A stretch of 64,000 nt of DNA from Candidatus Nomurabacteria bacterium (GTDB lineage Bacteria > Patescibacteriota > Minisyncoccia > Phycocordibacterales > UBA9973): positions 1,285-65,284 of the forward strand of contig JAHFNJ010000005.1 of assembly GCA_023267375.1 (NCBI GenBank). The letters run 5' to 3'. A program made the translations under genes and the position numbers. Positions 8,801-18,362 of the stretch are shown piece by piece. Positions within the stretch are counted from its first letter, which is position 1. Each line of letters begins with the position of its first letter. Below the pieces are notes generated by a model, which was given only the letters and a program-made list of their open reading frames with translations, searched no databases and was not told the origin of the DNA.

Positions 8801-11498
8801 CGGATCGACTGTTGCCACGGGCACGACTACAATTAGTTCTGGGGCGACACTTACTACTACCGCGTCAAATTATGCGCTATCGACCGGGACGATTTCAATT
8901 GCTGGTACGCTCACTGCGAATGCCGCTACTATCTCGCTCTCGGGGACAGGTTCACTTTGGACAAAAACTGGAACGTTTACTCAAGGAACCTCAACAATAA
9001 AACTCACGGATGCATCTTCATCGAGTAAAACATTTGCAGGTGGTGGTGGAACGTTTTATAACTTCTGGATTTCTGGAACTGGTACTGGAGCATATACTAT
9101 TTCAGGTTCGAACACCTTTTCTACTTTTAAGGATGATAATACTTCAGCACACACCGTAAACTTTACTGCGAGTACAACACAAACAGTAACGACGTGGACT
9201 GTTTCTGGTGCAAGTAGTTCAAACAAGATTACAATGCAGAGTACTTCTTCTGGTAGTGCATGGAATTTGTCGAAATCAAGCGGAACAGTTACTTCAAATT
9301 ATTTGATTTTGCAAGATAGTCATGCTGCCGGTGGGGCAACCTGGAATGCAAACGGTAGTACAAATGTATCGGGGAACACCGGTTGGAATTTTGGCACGGT
9401 TTCTTGTACCTCAGTAGCTACTGGAGCTTGGAACACTTCTGCTACGTGGGATTGTAGTCATGTGCCTGCAACTGGTGAAACTGTTACCATCGCGGCTTCT
9501 CATGTTGTGACAATGGATGTTAATTCAGCGGTGCTCGGTTCTATTACTATTAGTGGAACCCTGACGACGAGTGCGAGTAATTACAGTTTGTCTGGAACAA
9601 CGATCACTATCGGTTCTAGTGGAACACTCACTGCCAACAGTTCAACCATTACGCTTTCTGGAACCTCTGGAACGTTGTTTACAAAAACAGGAACATTTAC
9701 AGCTGGGTCATCAACGGTGGTACTTTCAGGAAATGGATCTGCATCGGTAAATTCAGGTTCTATAATTTTCTACAATCTGACTTCTTCAGGGACAGGAACT
9801 AAAACAATTACAGGAACTACTGAAGTTGGTGGTGTGCTTACTGTTTCTGCTGGAGTATTCAGACTCAGTTCCGGTACGCTGGTACTTTCCGGAATTTCTG
9901 GGACACCAATTGTAAATTCAGGGACGATAAGTACTTTAAGCGCGACTACTGTTGTTTTTAGTGGTGATAATCCAGGGGGTAATACCACCATTCCTTCGTC
10001 AATCTCTTACTACAACCTCTCTTTTAATGGTACTGACACATACGATCTTTCAGGTGAAACAACCGTAAATGGGTCATTAGCAATTTCACAAGGAACTCTT
10101 TCTGCAGGGGCGCAGTATCTCAACGTTGCTAGAGATTGGATAAACTCCGTTGGAGTAGGTGGTTTTAGTGCTGGCACAGGGAGAGTTATCTTAAATACTG
10201 CTAATGACAGCACTATTACTGGCGCAACAACTTTTAATGATCTGACTATTTATTCTACTGGTGGTAAAAATGTATACTTTTCATATCAGGGTGGCGACAT
10301 TATCACTGTTGGTGGATCATTTGTTGTTACTGGATCTTCTGGGTCTCTTGTGTATCTCCGTTCAACGAGCTCGGGAAGTCAGTGGCATCTTTTGCCACAA
10401 GGTTCAGCGACGGTTGACTACGCCGACGTGATGGATGGTGGTTGTGAATCAGGAGCAATCACTATCACTGACAACCTTACAGATACTTCGATTGATTCGG
10501 GCAACAATGATTCATGCTGGTCATTCTTTGTGTCGCCTGCGGTGCGGTACATGCTTACGTCTGCAAATACTATGGATGTGTACGGCATCGGTGGTGGTTA
10601 TGGAGGATCGCCCGCGAGTCCGACTAAAATCCGTTCAGTTGCGCTTTCTGGTGGTTATACGCGCGTACAGCCAAAAAGTATTTTTGCTGAGGGGAGAACT
10701 GGTCGCATTTATGTGGCAACTAGTGATTCAAATGGGGAACTGCAAGTTTATGAAACAAATAATTATAACGGTTCAGGAAGTTCACCATCAAATCCGAAGT
10801 TGCTCACTACATACAATGCTTCTGTTTCTGGTACTGGAAATCGAGTTTGGGCGGATAGTGCCGGGAACGTGTTACTTGCCGTGTCGTCTGATACCACTGG
10901 CTCACTCATACTGCTTAACTCGAGCGGGGAAGCTGTTTCAAGTGCGAGTGCCCCAGCTACTATAAGTGATATCGCTGTGTATAAAGATACCGGTAGTACT
11001 GGATATGTGTATGTGGGTTCAGATGATACAACACTCCATATTTATTATTTTGATTCAGGTGGGGTGTATGACACAGGTAGCACTTTTGATATTGCGGTTG
11101 CTTCTCCGTATATAACTTCAGTAACAGCAGGCTCAGGCACAAAACTTGCGTACACTACTCTTGGTTCTGATCAGCTCTATTTAACAAATGATATTTCTCT
11201 CGATCCCGCGAATGCTAGTAATTCGTTGGTAACCGCTGAGAACTCTTCACTAGACACAGAGGTCCAAGGAGCTATCACTGCTTCAAGTTTGGGTGAGGTG
11301 CTCTTTGTTCCCGGTGCTGATGGGCTCTATCAGCCATATGTAAGTAATATTGCGGTGATTATTAATCCAGGAAACTACGCACCCTACACTCTCTCTGGGG
11401 GATTGACTGGTGTCTTTTATGATTCGACTGCAGTACATCTTTTTGGTTCTTCCGCTGTTGATGGGACGATACATTCGTTTGAACCGTATATACCGTAG
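5805..11498 (+). CDS. Giant Ser/Thr/Gly-rich secreted adhesin (repeated Cys-bracketed G8-like/beta-helix modules, C-terminal propeller-like region)
   Basis: Signal peptide ending AFA; four 'C...G.WNT...W..C....P...V.(I/V)' modules; 1897 aa. Confidence 0.75.
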   Translation: MAETYTIRNGALKKVFSFFSKRSKLFFTIGVCMFLFLASPHSAFAVNTCVSNASGNWNTAATWTSCSSTVPQTGDSVRISSGHSVVMDVDTPVLGNVTVRGTLNTSDGVTSHTLSASQLFVGESLGGYNGTFIANSSTINLSGTSAVLSIQTTSSIFTYGTSTVNFTGNSVSGMINLASSGSVTLYNVNSSGTGTKTISLANATITIANVFTISAGTVAFSTAVTSANLILSGTTGTPLNLTGGSFTATGNNTTVTYSGNNAAGNTTVAAATYGSLTLNNSSERYQLGGDITVGGTTIISASTEFTSSDGTDHNLTTGGLVISSNALFLMNSSTITITGNANTVASQFTNSSSRQDAIAAGTSTIKFTDTSVYSKTMSSATATFYNLWITGTGTGTYTITGSGSSSFTFNDIKDDNTSAHTVSLNSTIYVNTFNVSGADSSHKISLTKAGGAGVLHKTSGYVSIDYVNIANLTAQGGAAFYAGSHSTDNGGNSGWIFGDPSCTATTSGDWNTGGNWTGCSGGGGIPGTSDNVIVPSGINLTLSTNTATLGNVNVAGSIDTTGSNYAINAAGLVISSTGTVIANGSTITLSGTGAAFSLYGGIFSAGTSTINYTNSSSAAKAFTGGNGTFNNVTFTTGSTGTYTITGNNTFNIFWITGTGTGTFTFSSSSNTFTELKDDNTSAHSIFGNSSTQTVTTFSVSGADSSHKINFGLNVSKSSGVVVANYLTLTGSVASGGASWYAVNSNNGGGGTSGWVFISGCVAITTGNWNTGSNWSGCTGGGGVPAAADTVTIVSGVTTTLDVATPVVTGLTVSGTLDTSVTNYALNTTTLTISSGGTLTANGSTITLSGTSGTLFTNSGTFTAGTSTVDFSGASSVTLNSGSITFYNLTVSGGTVATVKTLGAATTLASGGTLTVSAGTFDPSTYLVTGNGSNTLVVAGGAVARVKASTFTGNYSSGFSSTSFAANSTIDYTLNGTQTVDSTISYVNLTVSTGGTKSLNGSTVATGTTTISSGATLTTTASNYALSTGTISIAGTLTANAATISLSGTGSLWTKTGTFTQGTSTIKLTDASSSSKTFAGGGGTFYNFWISGTGTGAYTISGSNTFSTFKDDNTSAHTVNFTASTTQTVTTWTVSGASSSNKITMQSTSSGSAWNLSKSSGTVTSNYLILQDSHAAGGATWNANGSTNVSGNTGWNFGTVSCTSVATGAWNTSATWDCSHVPATGETVTIAASHVVTMDVNSAVLGSITISGTLTTSASNYSLSGTTITIGSSGTLTANSSTITLSGTSGTLFTKTGTFTAGSSTVVLSGNGSASVNSGSIIFYNLTSSGTGTKTITGTTEVGGVLTVSAGVFRLSSGTLVLSGISGTPIVNSGTISTLSATTVVFSGDNPGGNTTIPSSISYYNLSFNGTDTYDLSGETTVNGSLAISQGTLSAGAQYLNVARDWINSVGVGGFSAGTGRVILNTANDSTITGATTFNDLTIYSTGGKNVYFSYQGGDIITVGGSFVVTGSSGSLVYLRSTSSGSQWHLLPQGSATVDYADVMDGGCESGAITITDNLTDTSIDSGNNDSCWSFFVSPAVRYMLTSANTMDVYGIGGGYGGSPASPTKIRSVALSGGYTRVQPKSIFAEGRTGRIYVATSDSNGELQVYETNNYNGSGSSPSNPKLLTTYNASVSGTGNRVWADSAGNVLLAVSSDTTGSLILLNSSGEAVSSASAPATISDIAVYKDTGSTGYVYVGSDDTTLHIYYFDSGGVYDTGSTFDIAVASPYITSVTAGSGTKLAYTTLGSDQLYLTNDISLDPANASNSLVTAENSSLDTEVQGAITASSLGEVLFVPGADGLYQPYVSNIAVIINPGNYAPYTLSGGLTGVFYDSTAVHLFGSSAVDGTIHSFEPYIP

Positions 11499-11544
11499 AT
11501 ATATCTATAATGTAAGGTTTGTTGTGGTGGTATAATAAAAATAC

Positions 11545-12078
11545 ATGCAGAGTAAACATAAGAAGATTATCGTAAGGGGTTCACTGCTCATCGTCTGTGT
11601 GGGAGTCTTTTTGTATGTCTATATTAGAAATACGGCAATTCGTGCTCCAGTATCGCCAATAGTTATACCAGAGGTAAGTCCTTTGCCAGAAAATGCTGAT
11701 AATCTCACCGGCGCAGATCTTGCTGCATACAACGAACGAATTGCATGGAAATCCTTATACGTGGGAAATCAAAAGCAGCTAAAAACAGCACAGCGTTTTT
11801 CATTGCCTGCTGGTTGGATTATCCGCGAGGATTATTTGTTTACTGTTTTGCCGCCAACGCTTGAATCAAAAATAAAAACCCATCGCGCTATTATTATGCG
11901 TCCACAAAAAACAATGAGTCGTGACGATGCTATTTTTACTGTAGTTAATACAAGTGATTCGTATTTGCAAAATCGTTGCCATAAAAGCACTACAAAGGTG
12001 AGTGTCTGCTATGGCGGGTCTAATCCCGAGACAAAGCAGGTGTTTGATTTACTCTTTTATCAATTCAAAGTACAATAA
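11545..12078 (+). CDS. Hypothetical membrane-anchored protein
   Basis: N-terminal TM segment; TGGTATAAT 8 nt upstream of the ATG. Confidence 0.65.
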   Translation: MQSKHKKIIVRGSLLIVCVGVFLYVYIRNTAIRAPVSPIVIPEVSPLPENADNLTGADLAAYNERIAWKSLYVGNQKQLKTAQRFSLPAGWIIREDYLFTVLPPTLESKIKTHRAIIMRPQKTMSRDDAIFTVVNTSDSYLQNRCHKSTTKVSVCYGGSNPETKQVFDLLFYQFKVQ

Positions 12079-12086
12079 TAGTGGGT

Positions 12087-12635
12087 ATGAACAATAAGAA
12101 AATCAAAAGAGTTTTACATAAAGGTTTCACCCTTCTTGAAATCCTCCTTGTTGTTGCGGCAATTGCTATTTTGGCGGCAGTTGTTATTCGGGCGCTCAAT
12201 CCATCAAAACAGCTTGCTGATACGCGAAACTCGCAACGATCACTTGATTTGAATACCATTGTGAATGTTATCTATCAATACGAGATTGATAATAAAGGAG
12301 CTCTTCCTGATACTGATGCTAATGGGGGAGTCCTCATTCCGGTTGGCACCTATGATGCATCTGACCCAGACAATATCATCGATGACTCAGTAGAAATATG
12401 TCGATCGACAAGTACTGCAGATTGTGCAACAAATGGGCTCGTTGATTTATCTCCACTGCTTGAAAATAAAAAGTATATCGTTGCCATCCCAAACGATCCT
12501 TCCAACACCGATCCCGATGGCACCGGGTATTTCATTGTACAAGATTCAGAAAGTAACCGTATTACAGTGATAGCTCCAAACACAGAGCTTGAGCCAACAA
12601 CGTCGCTTCTAGTGCCACTCAACGCTTCTTTGTAA
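12087..12635 (+). CDS. Type IV pilin / GspG-like major pilin
   Basis: KG-FTLLEILLVVAAIAILA...ALNP.KQL..TRNSQR..D; IPNDP motif. Confidence 0.9.
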   Translation: MNNKKIKRVLHKGFTLLEILLVVAAIAILAAVVIRALNPSKQLADTRNSQRSLDLNTIVNVIYQYEIDNKGALPDTDANGGVLIPVGTYDASDPDNIIDDSVEICRSTSTADCATNGLVDLSPLLENKKYIVAIPNDPSNTDPDGTGYFIVQDSESNRITVIAPNTELEPTTSLLVPLNASL

Positions 12636-12735
12636 AAGGAAATTTTCACTGTGGATAACTAAACTTCGTTAGTATTTCGATGTGCAGTATACTGTCTATA
12701 TTAGTAATTAGGTTTTTTTGTTCCATTTTTAATAT

Positions 12736-13347
12736 ATGAAAAAGAAATTAGGTTTATCATTTCGAAATAACAAAGGCTTCACTCTCCTTGAAATCCTCCT
12801 TGTTGTTGCGGCGATCGCTATTTTGGCGGGTATTGTTATTTTGGCGATAAATCCAGGTAAACAACTCGGCGATACTCGTGATGCGCAACGTAGAGTTGAT
12901 GTAAATACAATCTTGAATGCAATTTATCAATATGCTATCGATAATGGAGGCGCTTTCCCAGGAGATCTTGATGGTAGCAACAACTGTATCAGTGGCAATA
13001 CGTGTGTATCTGGTGCAATTGCGATTCCAGAAGGTACCGCGCCAACTCTTCCACTTGTTATAGATCCATCGGATCTTTCTGTTGATTCAGGCGATGTCGG
13101 TGCTGCTGTTGAGATTTTGAAGTACGACGGTACTTGTGATGCTTCTGGTACTGGATTGGTTGATATTTGTACTGATCTAACAGAAGATGGTGTGTATCTC
13201 GCTGGTATTCCTAATGACCCTTCGCTTAACACTACTGTTGATCCTCATGGTACTGGATACTGGATTTACAAGACCAGCAGTGGCCGTATTACCGTGATTG
13301 CTCCGTTTGCCGAACAAGCAGCGAGTGGTATTAGTGTGACGCGTTAA
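12736..13347 (+). CDS. Type IV pilin / GspG-like major pilin (paralog)
   Basis: KG-FTLLEILLVVAAIAILAGIVILAINPGKQL; IPNDP motif. Confidence 0.9.
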   Translation: MKKKLGLSFRNNKGFTLLEILLVVAAIAILAGIVILAINPGKQLGDTRDAQRRVDVNTILNAIYQYAIDNGGAFPGDLDGSNNCISGNTCVSGAIAIPEGTAPTLPLVIDPSDLSVDSGDVGAAVEILKYDGTCDASGTGLVDICTDLTEDGVYLAGIPNDPSLNTTVDPHGTGYWIYKTSSGRITVIAPFAEQAASGISVTR

Positions 13348-13361
13348 TTACACCTAACAGA

Positions 13362-15641
13362 ATGAAGGAGACACTTGGCACAATTTTTGCCAAATTCGGC
13401 GGCGCACAGAATAAATTGCACCGCCGAATTTATTTGGGAGGCACGCTCATTGCTTTCTCAGTTTTTGTTTTTGCCTTAGTCCTTACGTTTATCGCTTGGC
13501 GATATAATGTGCAAGTATTTAATCTTCAGTCGCAGTTGCGGTTTGATACAGTAAATCACAACGTTGTTGCCGATCTACAGAATAAAGCAAACAGAGATAT
13601 GGATGTCTTGCTTGCAACACAAGGTTTCTTTTCTGCCGCAGCAAGTATCAACCAAAAATCATTTCATGATTTTGTCGGAACACTTGATATTACTTCTCGC
13701 TACCCATCACTCTATGCACTCAACTACATAAAACGTGTTCCTGAAAGTTCGAAAAATATATTCCTCCAGTCGGTTCGTAATGATTCTTCTGTCAACAAAA
13801 AAGGATCACCGAATTTTACGATCACACCTACTACTACTTTTTCAACGTATGATATTTTAACCTACAGCCATGCGCGTGATATACCATTTCCTGCAATAGG
13901 AACAAATGTGAGTGCTGACGCTTCTTTTAAAGCTGCAATCGAACAAGCTCGTGATGAAGCAAAACCCATTGTTTTCAATACGCTCATGTCTACCTCTGAT
14001 GGCACACAGGTGTTTGCCGTGCTTGTACCGATTTATACAAAAACACCGACCCCTGAGACAGTAGCTCTTCGTCGCGCAGCATTTCGTGGCGTTATAGAAG
14101 GGGTATTTGAGTTAAAGTCATTTTTCAATGAAGCATTTCCTAATAAATTTGCATACCAAGGTGTCAACTTTGATGTGTACTATGGCGAGAATCTAATAAA
14201 AGATAATGTACTCTATAGCAATACCGTAAGTCCGGTTCCTGAGAATGAAAATCCTGAGATGCTCCTTGTTAATACAAGCAAGGTGATTGTCGCGAACACA
14301 CCACTCACTGTTACCTTCAGTGCAACACGCCAGGCGGTGGTTGGAGGGGTAACTGCTAAAATTCCACGAATCATTGGTTTGGGTGGTATTTTGGCGAGTC
14401 TATCACTCTTTGTCTTGGTATTGTCGTTTACAACCTCGCGACGTCGTGCTACTGAGCTTGCAAACATGATGACCTCGAGCATCAAGGAAAAAAATGAGCA
14501 GCTCGAAGCAAGTACCGCACTGTTGCAGCACGAGACGCATAAAATTAATGCCATCTTTTCTTCGATGGCAGAGAGTTTGATTGCCATCGATGATCAAGGT
14601 CGTGTGAAGTTGCTGAATCAAGCTGCCTCGGTTACATTGGGAATCGCAGAAGGTGATGCGCATGATAAAAAGATTGAAGAAATATTGCCCCTCTTTAGAA
14701 ACAAAGTACCTATTACTGAAAAGGAATCACCAGTCTATTATGCAATTCGCGAGAAGAGTATTGCTCGAACATTACTTCGTGATGATATGTATACTATGGG
14801 TCGCGATGGGAATACTTTCCCGATTGTGCTTTCTGCAACGTCGCTGTTAAATAAGGCTGATACAGGAGGTGTGTCTGGTATTATTATGTTTCGTGATGTA
14901 ACTGTAGAAAAATCAATTGACCAATCAAAGACAGAATTCGTGTCGCTAGCATCGCACCAGCTCCGCACGCCACTCACCGCTATTGGTTGGTATACCGAAA
15001 TGCTTATGTCAAACGACGTAGGTAAGACAACAAAAAAACAGCGTGAGTATCTTTCCGAAATTTCAACAAGTACCAAACGTATGGTTGACCTTATGAACGC
15101 GCTCCTTAACGTATCACGTATTGATTTGGGCACTTTTGCTATTGAGCCTGAAATGGTTGATGTTACCGAAATCGCAGAGAGTGTCATTAAAGAACAAGAG
15201 CCAACCATTGCGCTTAAGAAAATGAAAGTGACGCATGCATACGATAAGGGAATTCCAAAGATGTCGATGGATCCGCGTCTGACCCGTATTGTGTTCCAGA
15301 ACTTGCTTTCGAACGCCATAAAATATACTCCAGAGAAAGGATCTATCCATATGGCCGTTGAGAAACAGAAAGATAAAATACGCATTTCAGTTTCCGACAA
15401 TGGCTATGGTATTCCAAAATCAAATCAGGTAAAGATTTTCACAAAGCTCTATCGTGCTGATAATATTCTTATTAAAGATACCGACGGCACAGGGCTTGGC
15501 CTCTATATCGTGAAAGAAATTGTGGAACAATCAGGTGGTTCTATTTCGTTCACTTCAGAAGAAAATAAGGGGACAACATTTTATGTCATCTTTCCCAAAG
15601 AGGGGATGAAACCCAAAAAGGGCACAAAAGGGTTATCGTAA
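13362..15641 (+). CDS. Sensor histidine kinase (TM-CHASE-TM-PAS-HisKA-HATPase)
   Basis: H-box ASHQLRTPL, N-box NLLSNAIKYT, G1 DNGYGI, G2 GTGLGL; extracytoplasmic CHASE-like region. Confidence 0.9.
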   Translation: MKETLGTIFAKFGGAQNKLHRRIYLGGTLIAFSVFVFALVLTFIAWRYNVQVFNLQSQLRFDTVNHNVVADLQNKANRDMDVLLATQGFFSAAASINQKSFHDFVGTLDITSRYPSLYALNYIKRVPESSKNIFLQSVRNDSSVNKKGSPNFTITPTTTFSTYDILTYSHARDIPFPAIGTNVSADASFKAAIEQARDEAKPIVFNTLMSTSDGTQVFAVLVPIYTKTPTPETVALRRAAFRGVIEGVFELKSFFNEAFPNKFAYQGVNFDVYYGENLIKDNVLYSNTVSPVPENENPEMLLVNTSKVIVANTPLTVTFSATRQAVVGGVTAKIPRIIGLGGILASLSLFVLVLSFTTSRRRATELANMMTSSIKEKNEQLEASTALLQHETHKINAIFSSMAESLIAIDDQGRVKLLNQAASVTLGIAEGDAHDKKIEEILPLFRNKVPITEKESPVYYAIREKSIARTLLRDDMYTMGRDGNTFPIVLSATSLLNKADTGGVSGIIMFRDVTVEKSIDQSKTEFVSLASHQLRTPLTAIGWYTEMLMSNDVGKTTKKQREYLSEISTSTKRMVDLMNALLNVSRIDLGTFAIEPEMVDVTEIAESVIKEQEPTIALKKMKVTHAYDKGIPKMSMDPRLTRIVFQNLLSNAIKYTPEKGSIHMAVEKQKDKIRISVSDNGYGIPKSNQVKIFTKLYRADNILIKDTDGTGLGLYIVKEIVEQSGGSISFTSEENKGTTFYVIFPKEGMKPKKGTKGLS
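13392..13431 (+). terminator. Hairpin, probable terminator for the upstream pilin, overlapping the kinase 5' end
   Basis: aaattcggcggcgca / tgcaccgccgaattt, 15-bp stem with one mismatch. Confidence 0.55.
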
Positions 15642-15685
15642 ATAAGCTTTCAAAAACAACCCTTTTTTGCTAAAATGGGCTCCAT

Positions 15686-16396
15686 ATGAAAGACGCACAT
15701 ATCCCAGGCCACCCGCACCCACTCTCAGCTACAATTGAAGAAGCAGTAGCTATTTTTGCTAAAATGGGCTTTTCGGTTGCGCTTGGCCCTGAACTTGAGG
15801 ACGAGTATCACAATTTTGATGCGCTCAATATCCCCAAAGAGCACCCAGCTCGGGATATGCAGGACACCTTTTGGATAAAAAATAAACCAGGGTATGTCAT
15901 GCGGACGCACACTTCCAATGTGCAGATTCGCTTTATGGAGCAATTGGTGAAAGCGGGCAAAACACCGCCGTTTGCGATCATCGTGCCGGGCAAAGTGTTC
16001 CGCAACGAAGCAACTGATGCGACACACGAAATGCAGTTTTCTCAAATTGAAGGATTGGCTATCGGTAAGGACATTACGATGGCGCACTTAAAAGGGACAC
16101 TCCTTGCATTTTTCAAACATTTTTTTGGCGACGATAGCGAGATTCGTTTTCGTCCTTCATTTTTCCCATTTGTGGAACCAGGCGTTGAGGTTGATGTTAA
16201 AACTGGTGGTCGCTGGGTGGAACTTTTGGGTGCTGGCATGGTGCATCCAAAAGTGCTTGAAAACTGCGGTATTGATCCGAAGGTGTACCAAGGCTTTGCC
16301 TTTGGTATGGGCGCTGATCGTTTGCTTATGATGAAAAAGGGTATTCCTGATGTCCGCTACTCTTACCAGGGTGATTTACGGTTTAATCAGTTTTAA
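15686..16396 (+). CDS. pheS: Phenylalanine--tRNA ligase alpha subunit (N-terminally truncated)
   Basis: GHPHPL, NFDALNIPKEHPARDMQDTF, MRTHTS, FRPSFFPFVEP, GFAFGMG. Confidence 0.95.
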   Translation: MKDAHIPGHPHPLSATIEEAVAIFAKMGFSVALGPELEDEYHNFDALNIPKEHPARDMQDTFWIKNKPGYVMRTHTSNVQIRFMEQLVKAGKTPPFAIIVPGKVFRNEATDATHEMQFSQIEGLAIGKDITMAHLKGTLLAFFKHFFGDDSEIRFRPSFFPFVEPGVEVDVKTGGRWVELLGAGMVHPKVLENCGIDPKVYQGFAFGMGADRLLMMKKGIPDVRYSYQGDLRFNQF

Positions 16397-16397
16397 T

Positions 16398-18209
16398 ATG
16401 AAAATTTCCTATAATTGGCTCCAAGAATATTTTGATGAGAAGTTGCCCGCACCAGAACATGTTGGTGCGATGATAACAATGCACTCGTTTGAGGTTGATT
16501 CTCTTGAAACGGTCGGCACTGACACCGTTTTTGATTTTAAAATCTTACCTGATCGTGCACATGATTGCATGAGTCACTATGGCATAGCCGCCGAGATCGG
16601 TATGCTCTTTGATCTCTATCCCAAAGAATTGGCGATTGACGCAAAAACGACGAAAGATTTCTCCTCTCACAATTTAGTGACAGTGACGCTCGATGATGAA
16701 AGCCGCTGCCGTCGTGCAACAAAGCGGGTTATCAAGAATATAAAAGTAGGGGAATCGCCGTTGTGGCTCAAGGAACGCTTGGCGGCTATTGGACAGCGCA
16801 GCATCAACAATGTTGTAGATATCGCAAACTTTGTGATGTTTGAGACGGGACAGCCAGTGCACACCTTTGATTTTGATAAGGTTGCTGGCGATACGAAACA
16901 CATTACTATTCGCGCAGCAAAACCGGGCGAGACACTGAAAGCGCTTGATGGAAAAGACTATACACTTGATGAAACCATGCTCGTTATTGCTGACGAAAAA
17001 GAAGCACTCGATATTGCTGGTATTAAAGGAGGAATGGCGTCGGGTATCGATGAGAAGACTACTACTGTCATGCTTTCTGTCTGTAGTTTTGAACCGACCA
17101 TGATTCGAAAAACACGGACGAAGCTTGGCTTGAAAACTGATGCATCGGATCGTTTTGAGAAAGGGCTTTCACCTGATCTTGTAAAAACAGCACTGCTTCG
17201 CCTTTCCTTTTTACTGCAGCGTGTTGCTGGCGGAGAATTGTCGGAAGATTTTGTGGATGTCTATCCGCAGCCAGTAGAAATGCGGCACATCATCCTTTCT
17301 CTCGAGTACGTTAATTCTCTTCTAGGAATTACCCTTTCTGAGGAGGGGATTGAGGGCATGTTTCGTAAGCTTGGTTTTGGTACGGAAAAAATCGATCACA
17401 GTATCTACCGTGTCGCCGTGCCTACAAATCGTCTTGATATGAATTTGCCATGCGATGTTGCCGAAGAAATTATTCGCATTATGGGCTATGATCGGCTGAC
17501 CCCAATAGACAATCCGCACTTCGCTGAAAATTCGATCACGAATACGTTGTTTTTAGAAACAACTGCTGCGCGTAAAAAATTGTTGAATGAGGGTTATTCA
17601 GAAATCTGTACTTCAAGTTTCTCTGCAAAAGGGGAAGTGGAAGTGCTTGCAAGCGCGTCGAACAAAAAATATTTACGCGCAAATCTTACTGACGGTCTCA
17701 AGGAAAGTATCGCTCTCAATCAGACCAACCTTGCCCTTTTGGGAGTGGACACTGTGAAAGTATTTGAAATCGGTGCTGTCTTCACTAAAGATGGTGAAGC
17801 ATTGCATGTGGCTTATGGTGATAAGAAAAAGGTGACCGAAGTTGCTTTTGAAACATTTATGAAAGATGTTGATGTCTCAGCAATTGATACAAGTACTTCA
17901 ATGCTCTCTAGAACATCTCGATTTAAACCATGGTCGCTCTATCCGTTTATCGTCCGTGATATTGCGCTCTGGGTTCCCGAACAGGTGCAAAGTGATGAAA
18001 TAAAAACAGTGCTCGAAGAAAATGCAACCGAACTGCTGGTGCAAGAACCGCGATTATTCGATGAATTCTCAAAAGATGGTAAGAAGTCATACGCCTTTCG
18101 GCTCGTTTTTCAATCATTTGAACGTACGTTAACCGATGATGAGGTGAATAAAATCATGGAGGGTATTACTGGTGAGATTAAAAAACACCCAGATTGGACA
18201 ATTCGCTAG
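16398..18209 (+). CDS. pheT: Phenylalanine--tRNA ligase beta subunit (reduced)
   Basis: MKISYNWLQEY start, B3/4 INNVVDIANFVM..GQPVHTFD, B5, FDX-ACB domain RTLTDDEV. Confidence 0.93.
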   Translation: MKISYNWLQEYFDEKLPAPEHVGAMITMHSFEVDSLETVGTDTVFDFKILPDRAHDCMSHYGIAAEIGMLFDLYPKELAIDAKTTKDFSSHNLVTVTLDDESRCRRATKRVIKNIKVGESPLWLKERLAAIGQRSINNVVDIANFVMFETGQPVHTFDFDKVAGDTKHITIRAAKPGETLKALDGKDYTLDETMLVIADEKEALDIAGIKGGMASGIDEKTTTVMLSVCSFEPTMIRKTRTKLGLKTDASDRFEKGLSPDLVKTALLRLSFLLQRVAGGELSEDFVDVYPQPVEMRHIILSLEYVNSLLGITLSEEGIEGMFRKLGFGTEKIDHSIYRVAVPTNRLDMNLPCDVAEEIIRIMGYDRLTPIDNPHFAENSITNTLFLETTAARKKLLNEGYSEICTSSFSAKGEVEVLASASNKKYLRANLTDGLKESIALNQTNLALLGVDTVKVFEIGAVFTKDGEALHVAYGDKKKVTEVAFETFMKDVDVSAIDTSTSMLSRTSRFKPWSLYPFIVRDIALWVPEQVQSDEIKTVLEENATELLVQEPRLFDEFSKDGKKSYAFRLVFQSFERTLTDDEVNKIMEGITGEIKKHPDWTIR

Positions 18210-18362
18210 AATATCCTTGTTTTTCAAGGTAAAAAAGAGATAAAAAAGCTTCCTATCTGGAAGCTTTTTTGGTATACTAGAGGGGTAAAAAAGACGAGTA
18301 TTTCAAGCATTTTCCACCAATAGCGGATTCGCCGTTGGCGGACATTTTTAAAATAAATCACT

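Noticed and set aside
5805-11498. Diversity-generating retroelement TR/VR pair in the adhesin repeats
   Set aside because: Repeats are in-frame protein modules with no evident adenine-specific mismatch pattern, and no reverse transcriptase is in the window.
14738-15400. 220-aa reverse-strand ORF and the many other short overlapping ORFs in the track
   Set aside because: Shadow frames of well-supported genes, with no recognisable motifs.
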